Origin: Plasmodiophora brassicae
Taxonomy: Eukaryota
Assembly: GCA_036867785.1 (NCBI GenBank)
Contig: CP145419.1
Location: 682,001-746,000, forward strand
Direction of reading: 5' to 3'
Length of the DNA stretch: 64,000 bases
The notes beneath the pieces are model-generated. The model was not told where the DNA came from. It worked only from the letters and a program-made list of their open reading frames with translations, and did not search any database. A program made the translations under genes and the position numbers. Positions 23,082 through 34,398 of the stretch are shown piece after piece. The stretch's first letter is position 1. Each line of letters begins with the position of its first letter.

Positions 23082-23442
23082 TGTCGTTGTCACGCCCGTA
23101 CTGCCCCGGCTTCCAGTTTAGCGCCGACGCCTGCCGAACGGGCAACACCGCCGACCCCAACAGGCCGTCAGCGCCATCCGCCATCGTCCGCTGCGCTCCT
23201 TACGGGTCCCGACGACACCCGACCGATTGCGTTTTGAATTTTGATGACTGCAGCGATGACACATTTTTGGCCGGGAGACCATTAAAGGAGACCGCCAAAC
23301 AGCGCAAACCGCACTACGATTGCTAATCGTTATTGCAGCCAGGCGAACGAACGGCCGAGCTCGCAGAGTACGGTCGTGATCAATATTAGTTGTCGGTATA
23401 TTGGCTGACGCGGTCGTACGTTGCGGGGGGTGACTACCCTGC

Positions 23443-23961
23443 ATGGCGGATGCGGTGGCGTGGACCCGGTCGCTGCGACGCCCGAGCGTGGTCGCCCAAA
23501 AACCGGCGCCCAGGGTGGCTCGCCACCGTCATGCGGCCAGCACGCCCGTTTTCGAATGGACATTGAACCGCCTGCCCGAAGACGCGGACGACAAGGACGG
23601 CAAGACTGACGTGCGCGAAGAGGATCCATCGGCAAGCAATCACTGGGAGAAGCTTCGGGCGGCCTTGTCAACCTCGTCGAATGCAGTCGAATCCGTTGAT
23701 AGACGATTGCTCTGCCAGACAGATGGACCCAACGTTTCGACTGTTGAGCCCGTGCCCGAGAGCGCTGACGCTGTCGTTCCGGTCGTCATCAGGCCCGTCC
23801 GAGTTTGCCAAGGTTACACATTGCGTCTGGACATGTTGGAGGCACGACAGGCCATATCGACTGCCAAAGAATGGCGTCGACAGCAACGCTGGGTCGATAC
23901 GCGACGAATGGCGGATCGCGCCCGGCTATGCCACGATATGCTCCTCCTGCAGAGACAGTAA
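23443..23961 (+). CDS. Hypothetical protein (may splice to 24011-24838)
   Basis: 172-aa ATG ORF, no recognised motif. Confidence 0.4.
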   Translation: MADAVAWTRSLRRPSVVAQKPAPRVARHRHAASTPVFEWTLNRLPEDADDKDGKTDVREEDPSASNHWEKLRAALSTSSNAVESVDRRLLCQTDGPNVSTVEPVPESADAVVPVVIRPVRVCQGYTLRLDMLEARQAISTAKEWRRQQRWVDTRRMADRARLCHDMLLLQRQ

Positions 23962-24010
23962 ATCTTGTGACGTGTGCCCGTCTGGGTGAGATCTTTGGGC
24001 AGAACGCGTA

Positions 24011-24838
24011 ATGGCTGGCTCCACAACGGAGCCCTTCGCCGATTCATGGGTCCCGCCCCGGTCCACTGCCTACATGCGTCGCGCCCGTATCGCCGACCAC
24101 GCAGACGAGATCAAACGCTTGCTGTCGTACTACAACTCCGGGTCCATCGCCGGCGACACGCTGAAGACGACGCTCTTCGTCGAGTTCGGCATCGACCCTG
24201 GCTTGGTGCCCCTGGAACGCCCGCTGGCATACCCAGACCTGCTCTCCTGTGTCGATCGACACTTATACGCGCGTGCCACACGACATCCGCGCCGGGCACC
24301 TAGCCAGAACGTCATCCAGCATCGTACGACGTTGTCTGACGAGGTAAAAGCCCGCCCTGTTCACGCTCGTCGTGACACATTCCGAAGCTCGCCGGCTGCG
24401 TCCGCAGCGAGGATACCAACTATGGGTTGTAAGCGCCAGCAATGGCCAGTGGACCACGGCGACATCATTACATGGCACACGACAAAGATCAACGAAGCGC
24501 CAGCGTCCAGCACGAACCTGCAGCGCCGTTGCGACCAGTCGTCGCTGTTGACGTCGTCGTTGCTGCCGAGACGAGTGCCCGCTGGGAATCAGCAGAAACG
24601 GCATTTCAGCTGGGAGGAACATGCCGAAGCATTTGCGGAGGAACGGAGGCGAACGCGGGCGCAATCGGCGAGAGCGTACCGCCCTCCTGTGCTGCCCGAT
24701 CGCAGCGTGTGGAAGATTGAGGAACAGCCCGGATACCTTCCACCCAGGCCACCTTATGGTGTCAACATCGACGGCGACGAAGCCGTGGCCAAGGTCTCCA
24801 GATCGTATTCGCTGACGCCCCCATTCGACACCAGCTGA
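24011..24838 (+). CDS. Hypothetical protein
   Basis: 275-aa ATG ORF between other + strand genes. Confidence 0.5.
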   Translation: MAGSTTEPFADSWVPPRSTAYMRRARIADHADEIKRLLSYYNSGSIAGDTLKTTLFVEFGIDPGLVPLERPLAYPDLLSCVDRHLYARATRHPRRAPSQNVIQHRTTLSDEVKARPVHARRDTFRSSPAASAARIPTMGCKRQQWPVDHGDIITWHTTKINEAPASSTNLQRRCDQSSLLTSSLLPRRVPAGNQQKRHFSWEEHAEAFAEERRRTRAQSARAYRPPVLPDRSVWKIEEQPGYLPPRPPYGVNIDGDEAVAKVSRSYSLTPPFDTS

Positions 24839-24917
24839 GGCAGGGTTTAGTAAAGTGCATGACGGGTTCAGCTGGTCTGTGACGACACTTCCGACTGGCA
24901 TTGGTTGAGTTGTGACG

Positions 24918-26233
24918 ATGGTGGACGACAACGGGACAGCGGCGCTTGTAATCGATATCGGGACGGGGTTAATCAAGGCAGGATGGGCTGGGGAGGATAC
25001 GCCGCGAACGATCCAGCCGACGGTGGTCGCCCGCGTGAAGAAGTTCCGCGGTGAGGTGACGGGACCATCCGGCCAGGGCTACGACGACCAGGAGTTCCTA
25101 ACGGGAACACACGCCATACGGGCCGTGGCCGAGCACCCCGATGATCTGGAGCTGGCGTTCCCTGTCGAGCACCAGGAGATCGTGGATTGGAGCGCTGTCA
25201 CGCAGACGCTCGAGTATCTGTACGCGCATGAATTCCAGGTCGACAGCGATAAGCACCCGGTCGTTATTGTCGATTCGCCGTTCAGCACGCCCAAGTACCG
25301 CGAGAAGCTCGCCGACTTGTTTTTCAGGCATTTCCGCGTCCCGTCCCTACTCATCTACAATTCGGCTGTCTTATCACTCTGTAAGCAGCTGTTGGTGATC
25401 AAATGTCTTCGGTCAAATCCTAAACGTGGAATAGTTTCCACCGGGTTAGATCCCATGTTTGATACGGCCATAGAGGGTTGAACTGGGCATTGAACAGGAC
25501 AACACGAGGGATCGTTCTGCAGAGCGGCGAGAGTTCATCGTACGTCGTGCCAATATTCGAAGGATACGCCCTGCGGCATGGAATTGAAAAGATGGACATT
25601 GGGGGAGACAATCTGACAAGGGCCATGCTGGTTGGATATGCAAACTCTAAGCCTGGGTTCTGCGACGTCTAATATTTGGATAGGCGTCCCTGGATCGCAC
25701 TGGAATGAGGCTTGACGTCGCTAGAGACATCAAGGAGAAGCTCGGCCTGGTGAAGAACGCAAACGATGCCGTGCCGGAGCCTTCAATGCAATATGAACTG
25801 CCGGATGGTAACTTATTCGACTGGAGCGCTACCCAAGTATGACACAGTTGTCCCAGGGCAAGTGGTTGAGGTCGGGAAGGAATGCCGGTACGCTGTCGGG
25901 GAGATGCTGTTTTCTCCTCCGTCCGGAGTTGGCCTACCACGCCTCCTGCTGAACGGGATCGGGAAGTGCGATGCAAACCTTCAGACCGATTTGCTGGGCA
26001 ACATAGTGATCGACGGGGGCAACAGTCTAATGAAGGGGTTCCACGAGCGGATGAACGCGGAGATCAATGCGCTTATCGGACCGGGCAAACCGTTCCACGT
26101 AACGGGGAAGCGGAAGCACGCGTCCTGGGTTGGAGGGTCCATGATGGGATCCCTGTCCACTTTTGACGACATCCACATCACTCGTCAAGAATTCGAGGAC
26201 GCTGACGACATTGTCCACAAGAAGTACCTGTGA
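24918..26233 (+). CDS. Divergent actin-related protein
   Basis: LVIDIGTGLIKAGWAGEDTPR, FRVPSL, YVVPIFEGY, IKEK, YELPDG, WVGGSMMGSLSTF...VHKK; 4 introns including a 10-nt micro-exon. Confidence 0.88.
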
Positions 26234-26334
26234 GATTACCGACGTCGCGTAACTTCCTTGGCAAACGTCATCGTTTCCAGTTATTAAAGGCTCATTGTTC
26301 GATATGGAATGATGCTCACAGTGGTCTCGTAGAT

Positions 26335-26408
26335 GGGGAATTGGTGTAGTTGGTCATCACGCATCGTTCGCAACGATGAGGTCCCGGTTTCGATTACCGG
26401 ATTCTCCA
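26335..26408 (+). tRNA. tRNA-Ala(CGC), copy 1
   Basis: Cloverleaf: acceptor GGGGAAT/ATTCTCC with G3:U70 Ala identity pair, anticodon stem CATCG/CGATG, loop TT-CGC-AA; T7 Pol III terminator follows. Confidence 0.93.
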
Positions 26409-27167
26409 TTTTTTTACTCCGAGGCGACTGGTTCAGTCCCGTCCTGTGCGAGATGTGGTTGGACGACGCGTACACCGTAATTCGAAGTAAGTCACTGCAT
26501 CGATGAATTGCCGTCTTTAGAAGTCTCGCTCTGCCAGCAGTGGTTCGTAAGTGCGGGGCTGCTGAACCTGGACAGAACGGAGGAGAACATCATTATTAAC
26601 GACCACGAATACAGCTCTCCCCACTCTACAGGTATGGTATGGTTCAACCTTGCAGACTGCAATCTAGGTAGGCTGATGGTAATGCTTTAGAGGCAACCGT
26701 TCGATTCAATGCCAGCAGAGTAATAGGTACGTTATTCCTTGACGGCGGCTGTCTTGCTGCTTAAACCATGGGGAGCTAACACCACGGCGGTAAATTTTGT
26801 AGGAAGCCGTGCCGATACCCACGTCAGCAATGCCGGCATAAGCCTTGGCGACGTTTATCATGGCTTGTGCCCCGGGCACCGATTCTGTCAATGCGACGGC
26901 AGGTGCTGCTGCTCCGTGCAACGCCGGCGCCATCATGTCCTGCAGGTGCTCCTCCCTTATGCTACGAGGGCAGCATCGACGTCCGCGAACAGCGCCGCCC
27001 AAAGCTGTAACGCCAGTTGACGAATATCGCGATCGCGCAGCACCCGTCTGGCTCCGAACGAAACGATCCGTGTCAAGGCATAATCACAGGGACGGGAGCA
27101 AACACTGCTAATGTTGTGTCGTAGACGTTACCACAGCGTTGTGTTGAAGAGTTGTATTGCAGCATGT

Positions 27168-27241
27168 GGGGAATTGGTGTAGTTGGTCATCACGCATCGT
27201 TCGCAACGATGAGGTCCCGGTTTCGATTACCGGATTCTCCA
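27168..27241 (+). tRNA. tRNA-Ala(CGC), copy 2
   Basis: Identical to copy 1; T-runs downstream. Confidence 0.93.
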
Positions 27242-27604
27242 TCTTTTGGTTTTGGGTTTGCAAGGGTCTGTCTGCCAGTCTTCTCTCATCTCGGACGATT
27301 GATGACGGGTGCTGCGCGATCGCGATATTCGTCAACTCGGCCGAGTTCGTCCGACGTGCTCACTGGATGGACACCGCGAAAAGTCATTGAGCGTCACGAC
27401 GGCACCTCATCGGTACCGGTACGTCAACGGGTCGACCCGGGTCGGGTGGGTCAGGGACCTTGTGACAAGCCTTAGGCGTCAGGTGGACGACGAACGCGAT
27501 GTCGACGTACAACACCGAAAAGACAAGTGAAGTGTATTACGCTACTCAGAAGGCCGTATTGCCAATACGGCCTTCTGAGTTGGGAGGCCGCTACATTACC
27601 CTCC

Positions 27605-29098
27605 TCATCGAGGAACGGGTCCAATGCCGTCTACGCGTCTATCCCCGTCACCGACGCACACATCTCCTTTTCTATGTACGATGACGGGTCCAGCACCCGT
27701 CAGGATAGTAATTGACGGGATAACCGCCTGCCGAGATGCAGCGACGGGAGCGCCGTCGGCCATAGAAAAGGAGATGTGTGCGTCGGTGACGGGGATAGAC
27801 GCGGCACGCATCGCGGCCCAGTGGTTAGCCCCAATGATGGTACAGTCGGCACCGTCGTCGACGCCGGCTGAAAAATCAAATGTGAGATCGCGGACGCTGA
27901 AACGAACCATCTGAGCGCGCGAGGATTCAGACGTTAAGCCAGATGAAGATGAAGCCGTCAGATGACAGGCCTGCGCGTGAAGCGAAGGAGGAGACGGACC
28001 CACATCGCACGTCGAAGGGGAGGGCGACGTACACGGGGTCGCGTCGGGTGGGACCACAGGACGAAGCCAAACATCGGGGTAGTCGCAATGAACGGCGAGC
28101 CGCCGTACATTAAGACGGTTGCCTGGCGCCGGGAGCGGCAGCCCCCGAAGACGCGGGAGGAGCGGCAGCCCCCGAAGACGCGGGAGCGACCCCTGTACCA
28201 GCCACCGCATTGCGGGCGACGCCTCCCGACGAGAGTCCCTGGGTGTCGGCAGTCGGCGCAGCAAGCGGTGGGGCGCCGTTGGCAGGATCGGCCGGCACCA
28301 GAGGCCGAAGTGGATTGCGCCACGGTGCGCGCGGCGGCTCTGCCTGACGTGGACCGTCTGACGTCGTCTCCGTTCGTCGCCGGTGGGCATTGTGATTCGC
28401 AGTAGATTCGTCGACAGACGGTTTCGGATTACGTGGCTGAGGCGCCGGCGGAGGAGGATCGCGGGAAGTTACCTCATCTTCCGGGGCGAACATGTAGTAC
28501 TGTGTGGTCACCTCCAGGAGAAGATTGAAAAATGCATCTCGGTCAGTCTTGCACTCGATGCGTTGTATGGCGACGAGCTTCGAGACGCGATTCCGTAACA
28601 TCGGCGGCCGTAGCGCTTTGACCATCAGGCGAATCTGCTCTGCTTGCAATTCAGCATGTTTGTTGAAATGCTCGGTGAGGCCATTGGAGGCCAGAATGTT
28701 GTCGCATTGATCAAAGAGGTCGGCAACACTCTCGGTGGCGTCCCCCAGGTGTCGAAAGGAGGTGCCCTTAAATAAATCCGTGCTGGTCTTCGGGACCGTC
28801 ACACGCGTGGCCGTAAAGGCAAGCAACTCGTTCAAACTATATATCTGAGTCGGAGGCCGTATCCCACGAAGCCGAAGATTTTCGTAGGGTACGAATCCAA
28901 AAATTCGTGACGACCGATGGCTTGATCCGATCGCGAATGGATCGGGGGCGATAGTGCTCCCCGCCCGGCAATGCTTTCAAGTCGGCGACAGCCGATAAAT
29001 ATGATTTCCAATCTTGAATAAACTCTATCATGACGTCGCGATTGAAGCGATCTATGTAGGTATGGTGCCCTGACGGCCTCATACTGGATCGGATTCAT
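27605..29098 (-). pseudogene. Frameshifted gag-protease of LTR element 2
   Basis: Gag-like ORF pieces 28837-29082 and 28110-28835; degraded Cys/His knuckle CADCRHPG; protease-like AGVDDGADCTIIG and MADG. Confidence 0.7.
28133..28186. repeat. 24-bp tandem duplication inside element 2
   Basis: GAGCGGCAGCCCCCGAAGACGCGG x2. Confidence 0.85.
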
Positions 29099-29362
29099 CT
29101 TCTACGAACCTCCTGATAATCAGACAGACGATCGGGCACACGCGCAGCGTTTGCGTTGGCCGAAGGAAAGAGGCACGACAGCACCTGTTAGGTCGTAGGG
29201 CGTAGTGTCGTATTGCGCAATGTGACAAGCCCTAGGCGTCAGGTGGACGACGAACGCGATGTCGACGTACAACACCGAAAAGACAAGTGAAGTGTATTAC
29301 GTACGCTACTCAGAAGGCCGTATTGGGAGGCCGCTACAGACCTGCCCATTTCGGGTCTGACC

Positions 29363-29430
29363 CGAGTCGAGTCCTGATGTCCACGAGTCGAGCCCACCTG
29401 AGGTCCACGAGTCGAGCCCTGAGGTCCACG
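29363..29430. repeat. Imperfect 21-24 bp tandem repeat (GTCCACGAGTCGAGCCC..TGAG) x3
   Basis: Seen directly, just right of element 2. Confidence 0.8.
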
Positions 29431-29897
29431 GGTCTGACCTGGGTCAAAACCGGGTTTCCCATGAAAACTTCCTGAAGACATGGAAAACTCGACGGCTAAT
29501 TAATGGAATACGCCATTTGGATGATTTGTATTGTATAAGAAGGACTACAATTCGCAGGTATGGCAGTGGCTGCTGTTTCGCTCAAGTGTGATCAGCACCT
29601 GTTAATGGCAGGTCCCGCCTTCGAGAATGCAATATCGCTGGTAAACGATGTTGACGTCACCCCCATGAAATCACACACCATCATTTCAACCCTTGGGAAC
29701 ACATGCTTGTTCACTTTAAACCACAAGCACACGTTACCTCAGCTTTTCTCCATGGACATACCGTGGTGGCAGAGCCACCGTTGAAGTTTATTCTCGAATG
29801 ACTACTGGACGATTCAGGTGACTGAGAGTTGCGCCGGCTCCAAGCTACATCGAAAATGATTTGAGCGATTGTAATGCTAGACAGGGCCGACTTGGGT

Positions 29898-29971
29898 GGG
29901 GAATTGGTGTAGTTGGTCATCACGCATCGTTCGCAACGATGAGGTCCCGGTTTCGATTACCGGATTCTCCA
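29898..29971 (+). tRNA. tRNA-Ala(CGC), copy 3
   Basis: Identical to copies 1 and 2; T5 terminator follows. Confidence 0.93.
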
Positions 29972-31301
29972 GTTTTTAGCGTTTTGCTTTTGTAAGTGAA
30001 TGATTCACGTTCACCACAACGTTGAACCCAAGTCCACCGTGCTGTCCACCGACCGGGGTTTACCCCAGACGTCGTCGCCGGGCGGTATTCTGCTCGAGAC
30101 GTCCTCTTCGGAAAGTTGACTGTCAATCCATTTCAGCTGGGGATGGGGCGCGCCCCGGTCCTCAAGTACCTACATAGGTAGGAATACGACACCTGACGTT
30201 GAATCGGTGTGGTCGCGTTGCTCTACACGATGCATGCGGTACCATCCGTATACTGTGAGCAATAGGGGCCCAGGAGGATACCCAGTACCATTGCGTTGAT
30301 CCATGCCGCCATGCGCCACGCCTGCGAGCAGCTCAGCGGCGGTCGCCGACAACCTGGACTAGTACTACTTCGTCGATCTGGAAACGTCGCCGACGATACA
30401 AACGCGGCTTCCTGGAGCGGCTGTCTCGTTTGTCTGGGACGTTAACGTTGGCGGCCGCACGCGTTGTCAGGTACGCCCTGGACGTCCGGATTAGTCTCGT
30501 TCTGCCCAGCCGATCATCAGCGCCGGTGCGGTCGGCATGACCCGTGACGACAAATGGACATTCACGATGTCACTGGGACGAAGGATGGACATTCACGATC
30601 ATGTCATTCTGCGACGGTCGCAGTCGTGGAACTGATGCAAGTTGGACAGTCACGTCGATTATATCATCGTCGTCCAAGTGCCGAGAGAACGAGACGTCTC
30701 TTGCGCTCGACGGACAACAAGCAGGTGCTCGCCTGGGCCGCATCGCGCCTGTCTGGACGCTGCTGATTTATTTATAGTCTAGTTTAGTATATTCTGTTCT
30801 TGGCGCTGTTCACGCGCCTAGGTCTCGGGTCCGGAAGGTTCAGCCAGCGGAACGCCAACATCTCCCGGCCTCCTAGTGCCGGCCCATCACCTTTGTATTG
30901 GGCTCATCGCGCCTGGACGATATCAGGAAGAGACGTGATTCGCTCGGACCCACCGACTGCACTTTAGTCGAACTTCTTTGCCATACCGTCTATGCCTGGA
31001 TTCCGACATTGTTACGGGCCGTTCGTTTACCTCCCCTGACGCTCAACCGATACCCCTAAGTTTGCTCTGGCACTTTGAGACTTTCGGCTGTCGGAGCTTG
31101 ATTGTGGTTCGGCGCCGCGTTTAAGCTGGCGAAGCCCGGCTTCAGCGCCTGAACGGCCGACTCGAGGCGAATCCGGTATTCTCCAGTGGCGATTCAATCG
31201 GTCATCCCGGTTACGTACGCGGTGGCGGGTTGGGGACGGAAGCGTCAGCCTCGTTGTCGGATGACCAAGGTGTATTTCAGTGTCACAATGAACTCCGTTG
31301 A

Positions 31302-34164
31302 TTAAGGTTCGATGTCGTTTTCTCTCCAGCAGCCCGCCGACCTGGCGCGACGAGAGCCACCCCATCGCATGACGGCGTACGCCAACGCATAGATGACCAC
31401 AGCCATGACCGCCAGCATGACCACATCGAAACGCAGGTTCTTGACGCTCATGCCCGTCTGCGCCAGGAACGCGTCGCCGTCCATCATCATCGTCGCATCG
31501 TCCATGACCGGCGAGTCGTTGACGATCTGGATCCCGTCAAACTCGATGGCAGCCAGCGCTTCCGTCGCATAGTTGAAGAAGCTGATGTACCGCAGATACC
31601 CGAGGCCACTCGTGCGTGCCCGCGACACAAGCGATGACCCGAGCCCCAGGTTCGTCAAGTAGTACACCAGCGCTGCTAGCGACGCCTTCTCCCCGTCCCA
31701 CAGCATCGCGATCAACGTCGTCGACGCCCCGGCCGCAAGACTCGTTAGCTCCAGGACGCCGGTGAACATCAGGATGCGCTGAGGGGACTCTTGCAGGCCG
31801 ACCATCGGATACGTGATCAACGAGAACAGGAAGGCGGGCAGGAGACGATACGGGACCAGGTCGGACAGGAGATGCGCAACGAAGCACGCGGCGGGCGTGT
31901 ACTGCCGCTGAGCAATTTCACGTCGGTACACCCCGCGCATGACAGACAGCATGTCCAGCGCCGACAGCGTGGTCAGCGACAGGAACAGAACGGCGCAGGA
32001 AAAGAACCCGAATCGTGACTGAGCACCGGACGACAGGCGGAAATCGAGGCGGGCGAACGTCAATCCGAGGCAAAGCGCGACGCCGACCGTCACCAGGTAG
32101 TATAGAAGTAGGTGGCGAGGTTGCCGGGCACTATTCCTGAACGAACGTTGCATGAGCAGCCAGAGTTGCCGGTGGAACGGCAGGGAGACCGGGATCGAGC
32201 GCGGCGGCGTGGGATGAGGGGACATCTGGCAGAGGTCGGACTTGCTGGAGTTCAGGTACTCAGCTGACATGCTCTCGAGGACATGGTCGTCGTCAAGAGC
32301 CTCGACGATGAATTCGAACGGGTTCACTCCTGGCAGGACGGTCGTCTGCGTGTGCCGGGCGCAGAACGACAGCGCTTCGCAGGGCGACCCGCTGAAGACC
32401 ATGCGCCCGTGGGACCCCATGAGCATGACCTGGTCGAACCGGCCGAACATGTGGGCGGCGGGCTGGTGGATCGTGATGAGGATCGAAGCGCTCGTTCCGT
32501 GCGCCGCCTCGCGTAACAGATCGACAACGTCCGATGCTCGCTGGCTGTCCAGGCCACTGCAGGCCTCGTCCAGCAGCATGATGCGGGGATAGGCGACGAT
32601 CTCCGATGCCAGCGTCAGGCGTCGACGTTCACCACCGGACAGCGACCCCGCCAGCGTTCCACGAACCGCGACGAGGCCAAGCGCACGAAGCGCATTGGAG
32701 ACATGCTGCCGGACGTCTTTCTCGCCCAGCCGGGTACGAGCCGCGAACTCGACCGTTTCCCAAACCGTCAGGCCTGGCAACAGGACGTCATCCTGTACAC
32801 ACACAAACGTGAGGTTTCGTTGGACTCGCTTGTCATTCCGGATTACCTGCGGCACGTACGAGATCGCTTCGCGACGCACGTCGCCATTATCGTCGTAGTG
32901 AACGAACCCAACGCTGTCGTCACCGTCTCCGCGCTGGTACAGCATGCGAAGCAGGGTCGACTTCCCGCAGCCAGAGCGACCAATCAGCGCGCAGAGCTGG
33001 CCAGGCCGGATCTGCCCGCTTGAAGACGAAAGGAGTTGACGTCGTCGGGCGCCAGTCAGCCAATGGCCCTGGACGGTAAACGATAGGTTTCGCCAGAACA
33101 GGCCGACGGAAGACAGGACAGCACGCGGGAGCAGCGCCCCCGCCTTGTTGGCAGTCTCCTCGACCAGGGAGGGCGTCGTCTTGAGCTCTTCAGAGACGCC
33201 GTGCACAGCCCGGGCGAGTGCAACAGAAACAACGGCGACAGCGGAAACAATTGCAAAGGCGATGATCGTGAAGACGGTGTTGCTGTTCGGCCCGCTGGAC
33301 ACGGTTCCGCCAATGCTGACGACGACATCGGGCGGGTACGTCGTGATGCAACCACCTGCCAAGCAGTCGGCGGCCATGGCGAGTGAGCCGATGCCTGGCA
33401 GCTGGGAGAGCTCCAGCCGAACGATGTACTGCCCATTCGGCAGCAGCTCGAACACGTAGTCCATAGGCAGCCCCTGATTCTGCCAGTAGTTTAACCCGTT
33501 GACAGCGATCATAGGGCACGCCTTCCGGACGGCCCGATCCGCTGAATCCATGCACGTCGTGCACTTCTTCGATGGGCACGCCATCTTATACGTGTCCGTC
33601 TTGTCCAGACGCTGAAGCTCACAATCGGTCGCCTGTTGTTCAACGCGCGTCAGGACAGCCAGTGGCAGGTGCGGCAACCCAGCTAACCTCGCAGGTGAAC
33701 ATGTTGAACATGGTCGTACACGACGTGGACCGCGTCAATATTGAAAGTTTCACGCGTTTGTGTCCGGGGTCAACCTCGACGTCAATGGAATGGTCACGGA
33801 ACTTGATGAGCGGGTTGTCGAACGCCTGCGAGTACTGGACACTGCAAATGGAGCGCTGCATGCCCTGCATGCTGAGCCCGTCGTTGCTGTAGACCGTCCC
33901 TCTCGGGCATGCCCTCGTCGCTTCCAAGTGCAGGCTGCAGTCCCGCCCATAGTACCCAGGACGACACGTGCATTTCGTGACGATGCCGAACTCCTCCTTC
34001 TTACACTTGCCTGGCAGGCGTCCATGGCAGTCCTTCTCCAGGACATACCCGCCGTTCCGACATGTCAACTGGGCAGGCGCGCATGACGACAGGCGCTTCC
34101 CGCAGGCAACGGCACCGACGAGGACCACCAGCAGGGAGACTATACGACAGACCGCACCCACCAT
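31302..34164 (-). CDS. ABCG half-transporter with N-terminal signal peptide and EGF-like Cys-rich ectodomain (ADP1-like)
   Basis: CRNGG...CTCRPGYYGRDC; TM; Walker A GRSGCGKST; LSGGERRR; LLDE..SGLDS; ITIHQP; C-terminal ABC2 TM domain. Confidence 0.9.
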
Positions 34165-34398
34165 CAATGTCACGAAGGTGGGTACCGGTGTCCGCCGGAT
34201 AGGGGCGCCCGGGCGACGGGCACCACGTTCTCTCCGTACGGTGTCCGCACGCGCCCGCGACGCACCGTCCTCCCCCCAACCGCGGCGTCCACTTTTTCCG
34301 GTCGCACAGGTTTTTTCCGGAAGTGCCTCGCGCGCCTTCGAAATGGCGGGCAACCCGCCCCCGGCCGGCCGGGTCGTGTCATTTCCGGTATTTTGGGG

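Larger units (their letters stand above)
27461..29338 (-). mobile_element. Second non-autonomous LTR retrotransposon (gag + degenerate protease)
   Basis: TG...CA LTRs 27461-27595 and 29221-29338; TSD GACCT at 27456-27460 and 29339-29343; polypurine tract GAGGAGGGTAA (minus strand) abutting the left LTR. Confidence 0.92.

Noticed and set aside
29363-29430. Short repeats as a CRISPR array
   Set aside because: Tandem units without unique spacers, eukaryotic context, no cas genes
31036-31247. 8-bp stem enclosing ~200 nt as telomerase, RNase P/MRP or SRP RNA
   Set aside because: No template or conserved boxes recognised, and a stem this short is expected by chance; an Rfam cmscan would settle it
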